A DNA stretch of 64,000 nucleotides from Anthoceros angustus. Lineage: Eukaryota > Plantae > Anthocerotophyta. The position numbers and the translations under genes were made by a program. The notes beneath the pieces were generated by a model. The model saw nothing but the letters and a program-made list of their open reading frames with translations, did not search any database and had not been told where the DNA came from. The DNA lies in contig MU008161.1 in the NCBI GenBank assembly GCA_010909165.1, positions 558,001 through 622,000 on the forward strand. The letters run 5' to 3'. This document shows positions 48,151-57,860 of this stretch, one piece after another (position 1 is the stretch's first letter; each line of letters opens with the position of its first letter).

Positions 48151-50151
48151 ATGGCCGGGGTCAAGCGTAAATCGCTGCTAGATGAAGAGGATGGTGATCA
48201 TGATGGTGTCGAGAAGCAGGTCACCCTCAAAGTGAACAAAGCTTATGCTGAGCGCTTTGAGCACAACAAGCGAAGAGAGGATTTGCACCGCCTGCAGGAG
48301 TTGCAAAAGAAGGGCATTGGTCTGTCGGGTGGGGAAGATAGCGATGAATCGTCTGACGAGGAGGAGGATGAGGACGGGTTGTTGCCTGAGCGCGTGGATC
48401 TACAGATCTTTGAGACTCTAGCTAAGATTAGAAAGAAGGACCCGTCGATTTACTCGGCAGATGCCAAGTTTTATGATGAAGAGGAAGATGGAGAGGAGTC
48501 ATACGAGGAGGAGAAGCCTGTCGAGAAGAAGAAAAAGCCGCTGTATCTGAAGGACGTGATTGCCAAGCAGCTCCTGGAAGACGGACCGGATGCGAAGGAG
48601 GTGCCTGTCAAGCTAGGGCCCGGGAAGAGCTATGTTCAGGAGCAGGAAGAGTTGAAAAGAGCCTTCCTGCAAAGTGTGGCCAAGGCCGATGACGACGATG
48701 CTGATGGTTTGTTTCGGGTAAGGAAGAAGACGCAGGAGGAGGTTGAGAAGGAGAGGAAGGAGACAGAGGAAACTGTAGCAGAGGGTGACAAGACGAGAAA
48801 GGATGTGGGGACCATTATTGAAGAGTATTTTGGTAATGACACAGACCTGGATGAGAACGAAAGATTTCTGAAGTCTTATATCCAGAACCAGGGTTGGATT
48901 GACCGAGAGAGTTGGAAGAGTCCTTTGTATGGTGATGTTGATGTTGGTGAAGATGACGAGGAAGTGGAGAAGCAGGATAGGTTTGAGGCAGAGTATAATT
49001 TCAGATATCAGGAAGAAGCCGGGTCTCAGATCCAGGGGCATTCTCGCATAGTGGAAGGCTCTGTTAGGAAGAAACCTGACCGAAGGAAAAAGCAAAGACT
49101 AAGCAAGCAGGAGAGGCTGACAGAGCAGGAGAGGGCCAGACAGGAAGAGGTGAAACGTTTGAAGAATGTGAAGAAGAATGAACTCTTGGAAAGGCTTGAG
49201 AAGATCAGAAGCATCGCTGGTGCTGATGAGGAAGTTTTAGCTGCTTTGGGCGAGGATGATTTAGAAGAGGATTTCAATCCTGATGAGTATGACAAGAAGA
49301 TGGCTGAGGCTTTTGGTGATGCTTACTATGGTGGCCAGGATGTTGACGACAGATTCAATAAGGAGGATGCTGATGGTCTTGATGAAATAGATGGCATGGA
49401 GAAACCTGACTTCGAGGCTGAAGACGAGCTGTTGGGACTGCCTGAGGGGTGGGAGAGTGGGGCCAAGACTGGCTTTTCAGCTGTCTATGCGAAGCAGAAG
49501 AAAGTTGGTGATGATGGCACAGCTTCTGCTTCTGCAGAAGAGAAGAAGACCCCGAAAATCTCTCTCAAGGACAAGGTGGCGTTTGAAAAGAAACTGGAAG
49601 AGTACTACAAGCTGGACTATGAAGACATGGTGGGGGATTTGCCGACGAGGTTCAAGTACACGAAGGTCAAACCAAATCTGTATGGCTTGAGAGCTAAGGA
49701 TATCTTAAATGCAGATGACCAGGAGCTAAGTCAATATGTGTCTCTAAAGAAGCTTGCCCCTTATCGGACTGAAGAGTGGAAGGTTCCCCCCCATCTTCGC
49801 CAGCAGCGTTTGAGTAGGAAGGACAGGAAAAAGAGATCTTTGGATGTTGTCCCAAGGTACAGCAGTAGTGCCAAAGAACAGAAGTCAAATGCTGATGCAA
49901 ATGGTGCTCCAGCAAATACTAGTACAGGTATGGGGTTAGATAGCACTGCGTCGGTGGCAACCAAGCCGGAGAAGGGAAGCCAGCAGAATGGTGACATAGC
50001 CGAACAAGGCAATAAGACTAGCACCAAGAACAGGAAAAAGAGGAGGAGACAGAAAGGTCCTGATCTCCCCATGTCTCGGTTACTTGCTTATGGAAAGATT
50101 AAACCCCCTGCGAAAAAGCAGAAGAAGCAGAATGTTGCGCCATCCAATTGA
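48151..50151 (+). CDS. KRI1: KRI1 homolog (40S ribosome biogenesis), intronless, 666 aa
   Basis: LKVNKAYAERFEHNKRREDL, FEAEYNFRYQE, EEYYKLDYEDMVGDLPTRFKY and YVSLKKLAPYR, with acidic and basic low-complexity tracts. Confidence 0.95.
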   Translation: MAGVKRKSLLDEEDGDHDGVEKQVTLKVNKAYAERFEHNKRREDLHRLQELQKKGIGLSGGEDSDESSDEEEDEDGLLPERVDLQIFETLAKIRKKDPSIYSADAKFYDEEEDGEESYEEEKPVEKKKKPLYLKDVIAKQLLEDGPDAKEVPVKLGPGKSYVQEQEELKRAFLQSVAKADDDDADGLFRVRKKTQEEVEKERKETEETVAEGDKTRKDVGTIIEEYFGNDTDLDENERFLKSYIQNQGWIDRESWKSPLYGDVDVGEDDEEVEKQDRFEAEYNFRYQEEAGSQIQGHSRIVEGSVRKKPDRRKKQRLSKQERLTEQERARQEEVKRLKNVKKNELLERLEKIRSIAGADEEVLAALGEDDLEEDFNPDEYDKKMAEAFGDAYYGGQDVDDRFNKEDADGLDEIDGMEKPDFEAEDELLGLPEGWESGAKTGFSAVYAKQKKVGDDGTASASAEEKKTPKISLKDKVAFEKKLEEYYKLDYEDMVGDLPTRFKYTKVKPNLYGLRAKDILNADDQELSQYVSLKKLAPYRTEEWKVPPHLRQQRLSRKDRKKRSLDVVPRYSSSAKEQKSNADANGAPANTSTGMGLDSTASVATKPEKGSQQNGDIAEQGNKTSTKNRKKRRRQKGPDLPMSRLLAYGKIKPPAKKQKKQNVAPSN

Positions 50152-51050
50152 TGGCCTGCAAAGCTTTCAAACACTGACATGTCCCTGGAAGGTTTGGCCC
50201 CAAGGGATGTGGTGACAATGGAGGGGGCCCTGATTGCTGGGTATGTCCAGCAAGGGCTTGACATGAGGCACTTGCTGTGTGTGCACAACTGGAGCAGGAG
50301 GACCTGATTTTGGCTAACCATGTTACTTTTTCTTGCCTTCCGACGGCCTGTGCCAGCATTGGTGGCCTGCAGAAGGGCATGGAGCTGCAGTCAACAGATT
50401 GTCGGAAGAGCACCGCTGGATGACATTGTGGTGGGCACCTGTCTGGTGGACATGTATGCAACTGAAAAATGCTCGCAAGCTTGGCCACAAAGGATGTGCT
50501 GGCCTGATGTCTGGGTATGGTCTTGTGATGATGGTCACAGAGCATTCTCTTGTTTTGAGGAGATCTTAGTCGCAGGTATTTAGCGTAATCCTGCTACTTT
50601 TACTTGTCTTGTAGCATGGAGTCACGTATAATTGGTCCACGCGGGTCGCAAGCACTTTGATCATTCCATGGCTGAAAGCTTGGTATCAAACCAGCTATTG
50701 AGCATTACACTTTCATGATATATCTTGGGCGCGCGGGCCATTACGATGGCTTAGAAGATGTTTTTGTCATGTGAGGGCCAAAGTGACGGTAGGGGTTGAC
50801 GTTTTTGCTGCTTGCCTGTAACAGTCACGGGGACGTGAAGGGGGCGATGTGGTGTTTTGAGAGTCTGGTTAAACTGGACCCTCAACGAGCGTATGTGCTT
50901 ATGGCCAACGCCTACGCGATGCAGGTATGTGGACCGATGTAGAGAGGATTGAAACAAAGAGGTATCAGCAGGTAGCAAGAAACCTGCAGTGGCGAACATT
51001 GAGGTGAAAACGCAGGTACAAAGATTTCTCGTGGGAGAGAGAAGGGAGAA
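50152..51050 (+). pseudogene. Degenerate PLS/E-class PPR gene
   Basis: Frame-shifted pieces VVGTCLVDMYA, GIKPAIEHY, LGRAG, YVLMANAYA and KKPAVANIEVK.QVQRFLVGE. Confidence 0.75.
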
Positions 51051-51189
51051 TTCAATTCAAAATAAGGGCGCACTAGTGATGGAAAACCTTTGTAATGTCA
51101 AATTTTGGTTGCCGTTCCAACACGGGCAAAACGGTGGTGAATGTCTAGAATAGTTGTATCGTCAAAGTTTGTTCACCCATGCCACCGAT

Positions 51190-52941
51190 TCACATTTCCA
51201 GCGGGGAACGACGAGCCTGTTCCAACATCCTATCGAATTTCGCAGCCCTGGCGTCTCGTTTGTCAAGCTCCTTCCCTTGCATTGCTAGCCATGTATCGCG
51301 AAGGTCATCCAAAATGTTTTCTCGGCTCTTGCCTGCTTCTCCTGGTGCCCCAGGGACACTGGTCCGGAGACACGAATCGCCCGATGGGGGTGGAAGGCTC
51401 GCAAGGGTAGCCCGGAAATCTGAGCAAAATAGCGCATTCTTCTTGAAGGTCCGAGCCATTTCATACAGACAATGGTGTTTTAATTTCCTCATCTCATACT
51501 TATAAGCCATAGGCAGCCAATTGCACATCTGTGCAGGAGATGCGTTAACCAGCTCTTCTAGGAGAGCGTCAACAACAACAAGCTTCAAGCTATGCATCAG
51601 ATAACGTGAAGCTGCGTCGAGGATCTCCTCTGCCTGACTAAGGTTAACATTCTCCAGAGTACCAGTGTACACGAATTCCAGCAGACTCTGGAAAGCACTC
51701 GAGCTTATATCATGTTCTGCAAACATGGGCAGCTCCTCGGTCGTCCCTGATGCATTCTCGACTTCTGTTGCTCGGCAAAATCTTGTCCTGAAATACTCGG
51801 ACCTTGCTGCTAATATGAACTTATGGCTTCTAAACATCCTGCCGTCAACAAGGAAGCATACATCCGCATGGTCCTCCTCCAGTTGAGCATGAGGCAGCGG
51901 AGTACTGAATGATGAGGTGGTGCCTTGCTGCTTCCCCTGTAGCTGTAAAAAAGGATTGCGACCATTCCCCATGTCATGCGCGGACATAGCAGTAGATACG
52001 TCTGATTCTTCCTGACAGGCCTGACCTCTACGTTGACGAGCCCTTGGCTGCTGTGTGCCAGAATTGGCTAGGGTGAGGAGAAAGAGATTGCGCATGGCTG
52101 CTGGAAGCTGGTGCTCGTCAGGTAGATCGGATCCCTGTAATGTATAGCTCCAGTGGTCTTCAAGCCCGGGGTCGGCCAGGGCCGTCTCCAGATGCACCTG
52201 GAGGGCGTCGCATCCGAAAGTCCTGCACATCGTGATCATAACTCCGATTTCGTCCACTCCTATATCCATCCTGTCGGTGTAGAAAAATTGGAGGAGGCTG
52301 AAAAGTGTGGGGAAGGAGCAATTCCGTCCTGGAAAGGGTATCTCTTCCCTGTCCTTCCACTCGTTGGCAAACATATGGCAGAAGAAAGGCGAACGGGCAG
52401 CGAGGAGTGCCCGATGCACAGCAATCGGCTTGCCAGAAACGTGAACGACCATGTCGGAGGCCAAGCATAGTGTGGCAGCGGGGTCAATTGCAAGAACGTC
52501 CCGCGCATCGTAGTAGGAAGAATTGACGCCTGCGCTTAACAGAGCTTGGAAAAGAGCAGCAGGAACAGGCTGGAGCTGCGGAGGGCGAGGCTCGGACGCT
52601 TCAAGCAGCATAGTCACTTCCGGATTGAGTGCGACGTAGAAGCATCGGTCCCCATCGTGTGTGCCCTTCCTGCAGAAAGCCTCACGGGTTCCATTACTCA
52701 CCAGATAGAGAGTAGCATCCACGTGGCCAGCAAGAGAGGTGTAGTAGAGTGGCACAGAATCCCAGCAGTCCCGAGCGTTCACATCCACGTGCTGGCGCTC
52801 TAGCCAGAATTGGAGTCGGCGGACATCGCCGGCGCGTGCTGCCTCGAAAACATCTCCGTTTGAAACCTTCTTGCGCAGCACCGGGGTTTCCGCCTCGTCT
52901 TTTAAGAAAAGCTCGTCCAAGGCATTGTCGAGGGGCTCCAT
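51190..52941 (-). CDS. Ankyrin-repeat plus double BTB/POZ protein (ABTB1-like), intronless
   Basis: FEAARAGDV...VDVNARDCWDSVPLYY...GH, then two BTB domains (HRALLAARSPFF; DVCFLVDGRMFRSHKFILAARSEYF). Confidence 0.9.
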   Translation of the reverse strand: MEPLDNALDELFLKDEAETPVLRKKVSNGDVFEAARAGDVRRLQFWLERQHVDVNARDCWDSVPLYYTSLAGHVDATLYLVSNGTREAFCRKGTHDGDRCFYVALNPEVTMLLEASEPRPPQLQPVPAALFQALLSAGVNSSYYDARDVLAIDPAATLCLASDMVVHVSGKPIAVHRALLAARSPFFCHMFANEWKDREEIPFPGRNCSFPTLFSLLQFFYTDRMDIGVDEIGVMITMCRTFGCDALQVHLETALADPGLEDHWSYTLQGSDLPDEHQLPAAMRNLFLLTLANSGTQQPRARQRRGQACQEESDVSTAMSAHDMGNGRNPFLQLQGKQQGTTSSFSTPLPHAQLEEDHADVCFLVDGRMFRSHKFILAARSEYFRTRFCRATEVENASGTTEELPMFAEHDISSSAFQSLLEFVYTGTLENVNLSQAEEILDAASRYLMHSLKLVVVDALLEELVNASPAQMCNWLPMAYKYEMRKLKHHCLYEMARTFKKNALFCSDFRATLASLPPPSGDSCLRTSVPGAPGEAGKSRENILDDLRDTWLAMQGKELDKRDARAAKFDRMLEQARRSPLEM

Positions 52942-52955
52942 GGCCTTCGCTGCAG

Positions 52956-53127
52956 AAAAGAAGAGTACTGCGCAGCGATTTAAGGTGAAAGAAGAGTCCT
53001 GCGCAACGATCTAAGGAGAAAGAAGAGTCCTGCGCAGCGATCTAAGGTGAAAGAAAGTCCTGCGCAACGATCTAAGGAGAAAGAAGAGTCCTGCGCAGCG
53101 ATCTAAGGAAAACGAAGAGTACTGCGC
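52956..53127. repeat. 31-bp tandem repeat x5.5
   Basis: AAAGAAGAGTCCTGCGCARCGATCTAAGGWG units with no spacers. Confidence 0.95.
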
Positions 53128-53389
53128 TCCCGCCTCGACCCTCACCGGGTGTATGCGCATGTGCTCATGGCCAATGCCTCCCATATGCGCTTGCAAATGG
53201 ATACCCGAAGGCCATTAAGGCCGGCACGTGTGTCCGCACGGCCCTCCACGGCCACGACATGTACCTATCTATGTCCTTGCCCATCACCATGCTATAGTGA
53301 GTCATGCATAATCCGAACTGGTGGCTAGAAGTTTTGACGCCCGTGCGCTACGTACAGTACATAAAGTTTTGACGCCCGTGCGCTACGTA

Positions 53390-53929
53390 CAGTCGGCCCC
53401 CCTAATTGGGAATTCTATAAATGGGATTCCTCTCTAAATGGGACCTCTCATCCTACTCCCTTTAGTTTACAATGTAATAAATGGGACTTTTCCTTAAATG
53501 ATAATTGGGACCTTTTGAAACATACATTCATGTTAGTTTCACCTCCCTAAATGGGATTTCTAATTTTTTAACTAAAAAAATTTAAAAAAAGAAAGAAAAA
53601 AGAATCCATTATTTGAGAGCACAGTAGACTTTTAGGTGCGATTGAAGACTCTTAAGCTAAGCTTTTTCCTTTATGATAGATAGAGGTTTTTTGATGCCGC
53701 TTAGAGAGAGTGCTAGCTTTCAAACAACTATATAAACAACTGGTAAAAGTTATTTTTAGTGAAACCTATCAATCAAAATTTAAATTTTCTTTTTTTTTGG
53801 TATTTTTTGATTTTTTAAATTTTATAACATTTTTATTATTTTTAAATAGGGAAAATACAATCGGGACACTTCCCTTAATGGGACCTCTAAAGGCACTCCG
53901 AACCAGTCCCAATTAGGGGGGGTGGACTG
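53390..53929. mobile_element. Tc1/mariner-type MITE, 540 bp
   Basis: TA|CAGTCGGCCCCCCTAATTGGGA ... TCCCAATTAGGGGGGGTGGACTG|TA gives ~22-bp imperfect TIRs and a TA target duplication. The interior is AT-rich with repeated AAATGGGAY motifs. Confidence 0.88.
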
Positions 53930-54885
53930 TATGTATGTATGTACATACCACCAACACGGAACATGAGAAAGTTTTGACGCCCGTGCGCTACGCACATACC
54001 ACCAACACGGAACATGAGAAAGCCGCTCGTCCCTAACCGCTTACGCCACTAATAATACTTGTTTAAGGCTCTAAGTGCACCCGACTCACAAGAAGAAGAA
54101 GAAGAAGAATTTTATTTAAGTCCACTAAAGACGGATTTCCGTCATGGGACTTGGTACTTAACAACTTGTACCTTGGTATGTCTAAGCTACTTGCACCAAG
54201 GGTATCCATTCCCTTTAGGCACCCCATCTAAGTACAGATCCAAGCGCAGGATGCTTAATAACCACTTCTTATAAATGTGTGTCCATTTGGCCTAAGCCAT
54301 TTGGACACAAGCTTACGGTATGTGAACTCCCGTCATTTGCATAGCGTGAGATGCGAGTTTAGAGCGGCATGTCCAATCTTTGCTTTGAAGCGCTCTTGTG
54401 ATTAGGGATAGGGATTTTGGTTAAAGGTTGAGTTTAGGATTAGGGTTAGGATTTTTTCTCTTTGGGATAGGGGAGTGTGATTTACGGACAATAATATAGA
54501 TTTTAGTTCTTGTATTAACTTAGAAGAGTTACCAACTAACACACCTTTTGTAGTGCAGCTTCCTAAATTAGGGCTATTTAACCGTACTGACCTAAACTGG
54601 GTTTCTTTTCAATATGACCATTCTAGGGCACCAGGGCAACAAAAACATGTGAAGGTGGCTCACATACTCTTTTCTAGAGTGGAAGACTTTATTGGGGGAA
54701 TGAGTGCTATAAGTTCCCATCCTACAAACTTCTGGGTTCTTGCATGGTTTGGTGCTCACTTTGGTGCGTTACAGTTGAAACATCCTTCTTTTGTCCTCTT
54801 ATATTGAATATAATTTTATATAATTGATTTCGTTTCCAAACGGTCTGGTATTTTTACATACGATAGTATTCTTATGTATGTATCT

Positions 54886-56008
54886 GAGGTTAAAATATGA
54901 AATTAGATTATGGAAAAAAAAACCTTGAAAAAAATGCCTTGGTCCGGGGACGCTTAGACGGGCAATGTCCTCGACACTTGTCCATTGTGCCATGTTATTT
55001 TTACGAACCGGGGGAGCGGAGGAGGGAAATGGTCCAGACATTTACCGGGCCTTCGCCCTGACAGACCGCCTGCAGATTTGTTAGTTTTATGGGCTGACAT
55101 CAAGCATCTCGGTTTCATCAAGTACTTCAAACACAGCGGGAAACCATGTGCGAGCAAGGCCTGTAGGTGATGGTGATGGCACCCAGTGGGTGCTTCATTC
55201 GAAGCCACAAACAAGTTGGCTCAGTGGAGGTAGGCATCTACACGCAACAATCCGCCAATGGATGCATCATGAGACACGGGCTCGGCGGAATAGCCATTTG
55301 TTGCGATTGAACGGGCGAGGATCAAGCAAGGCTTGGGGATGTTGACCCTGTCTCACGGACCTCAACACAGCGAGTCAAGAAGTGGAGAGCAGTGCAGCGG
55401 GCATGCATGCATATCTGTAACAGACACCACCACGACTTGTGTCATGTTTGCTGAATGTATCCGAGGTTAAAATATGAAATTAGATTATGGAAAAAAAAAC
55501 CTTGAAAAAAATGCCTTGGGGGCTTAGGCAGGCAATGTCTCGACACTTGTCCATTGTGCCATGTTATTTTACGAACCGGGAGCGGAGGAGGGAAATGGTC
55601 CGTACATTCTTGGCGCCCTGCAGGGCCTTCCGGGTTATTAGTTTTATGGGCGACATCAAGCATCTCGGTTTCATCAAGTACTTCAAACACAGCGGAAACC
55701 ATGTGCGAGCAAGGCACATGGGGTGATGGTGATGGCACCCGGTGGGTGCTTCATTCGAAGCCACAAACAAGTTGGCTCGTGTAGGCATCTACACGCAACA
55801 ATCCGCCAATGGATGCATCATGAGACACGGGCTCGGCGGAATAGCCATTTGTTGCGATTGAACGGGCGAGATCAAGCAAGGCTTGGGGATGTTGACCACC
55901 GTCTCACGGACCTCAACACGTAGTCAAGAAGTGGAAGCGGTCGTGAGCATGCATGCATATCTGTAACAGACACCACCACGACTTGTGTCATGTTTGCTGA
56001 ATGTATCC
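54886..56008. repeat. Tandem duplication of ~550-577 bp
   Basis: GAGGTTAAAATATGAAATTAGATTATGG... starts at 54886 and 55463; both units end ...TGCTGAATGTATCC. Confidence 0.95.
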
Positions 56009-56028
56009 AGCCCCGAGTGGTGGTGTAG

Positions 56029-57860
56029 TTGTTTCTGTCATGGTTTCCACAAGACGTAGTTGTTTCTGTCATAGACTTCTCCCAGAACTATGCATTTGGT
56101 GTCCAGAATGAGATACAGTCTATGCACTGGCAAAATGATCAGGTATCAATCTTCGTGTTGGTGTCCTACCGCCGGAATAGCTCTGTGGATGCAGATGATC
56201 CTGCTGCATCCGTCGAGAAATACTACCATTTTTACATTAGTGATGATCTTGTTCATGACACGCTGTTTGTGCAACATTTCTTGCTCAAGCACTGGCAATA
56301 TTAATGGATGCAGGATGCAGGGTTTCCCAAACCCCGGGAACATTGGTGCTGGTCGGATGGGGCTGCAAGCCAGTTCAAGGCATGCCGCCCAAGCTATTTC
56401 ATTGCTCGCTACCCAAGCCTCACAGATGGGTGTAACATGCTCTGGTCATACTTTGGGAGTGGCCATGGGAAGAGGGAGCACGATGGTGCAGGTGCGATCT
56501 TGAAGCGATCGCTACGGGCAGCGGAGTCATCTCCGACAGCAGGGCGAATGCAGAATGCAGCGGATGTTGTGGACTACTTGTCCGCAACCATATCGGGCGG
56601 GGCAGCAAGTTCATATGCCTCTGGGCAGCATGGGGTGCACAGAAGTTTTTGGTTAATTGGTAAACATGAGGTAAACAGGAGGGCCAAGCATGGTTGTGAT
56701 CCTATTCCTGGTTTCAAGACAATGCACAGCCTCTACAGCTGTAGCATGGCTGACCCAACGCAAATGTTGATGCGGCGCCTGGCATGCTTTTGTGTTGACT
56801 GCTTAGAGAGCAACCATTCAAACTGTGAAACAGTTCCACACTCTGGCTGTTGGACGCCTGTGAGGATCAGACTTCATGCCCAGAGCATTGGTCCCCGCGT
56901 AACTCGAGGAACAGCCAATCACGCAGCAACATTGTTGGAGGATGCGGTCCTCCTTCCCCCTCCTGCTAATCTCGTTGAAAATGAGATCGAGTCTGATGCT
57001 GTTGATGTGTCAGACATGGCAGATGTCCTTGAAGTCGGGGACAACTTCCTTGTACTTGCCGACCATGAAGATGAAGGTCAGAGCTTTTACCTACTTCGCT
57101 GTACTCAGCCTAAGCACACCTTGCTTCACGATTGCTGCTGCCCATGGTCTAATGTCACTTACAAAGCAGGGGATTCTGTCGTCTGTGGTCTATATTACAC
57201 TCTGCAAGAGGACCTGCCTGTTTCGGTGTACAGAATGGATATGGACAACGCTGACTGCATTCTTCCAGCCCATATTGTTCAGACATGCAAGTTTGAAATG
57301 GAGGTGCATGGACAGCATGATGATGACCTTTTGTTTGTGCTCACAAAAGAGGCCTTACAGGTAGTGAAAGGTGTTGTGCAAGAAAGTGTACAAGATGCTT
57401 CCGTCATGGGCCCTTGAAGGTCACTAAGCCAAAACGGCCAACCCGACAGAAGGTAGTAGCAGAAGCTGTGGACCCAAGTGTGCGGGAATTGGAGCCCGGG
57501 GACAACTACATGGTGGCAGCTGAGGCTGAAAATGATGAAAAAGTTGACTTCTATGTCCTGAAGTGCATCAGGGGAGTTCACAAGCTAGCTGCCTACATCA
57601 AGAGGGACGTGTGGAATAGTGACCCTCTTCCCAAGGGCACCGAGGCCGGCCGACTACCTGCAAGTGGAGCCGGGTATATATGAGCTTTTGAGCAGGGGCA
57701 GGGGCACCAGTTGTCTTGCGTGCAAGCTTGGTGAAAGCGACGAAGTTCCTCCTCGAGGAACAAGAGAAGATGGAGCCCAATAACAAGAACAAGGTGCCAT
57801 TGTTCTGGATGGATCTAGCAACAACGGCAATGTTAAAGGCTGCTTGTACAAATCGGCCTA
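56029..57860 (+). mobile_element. Sola2-like DDD transposase remnant A (5'-truncated, in-frame stop at 56302)
   Basis: IDFSQNY...EIQSMHW...ISDDLVHD...WSDGAASQFK...FGSGHGKREHDGAG...RRLACFCVDC. Confidence 0.7.

Noticed and set aside
52956-53127. CRISPR array (also considered for 7117-7260 and 6672-6900)
   Set aside because: Head-to-tail repeats without unique spacers, no cas genes, and a eukaryotic context.
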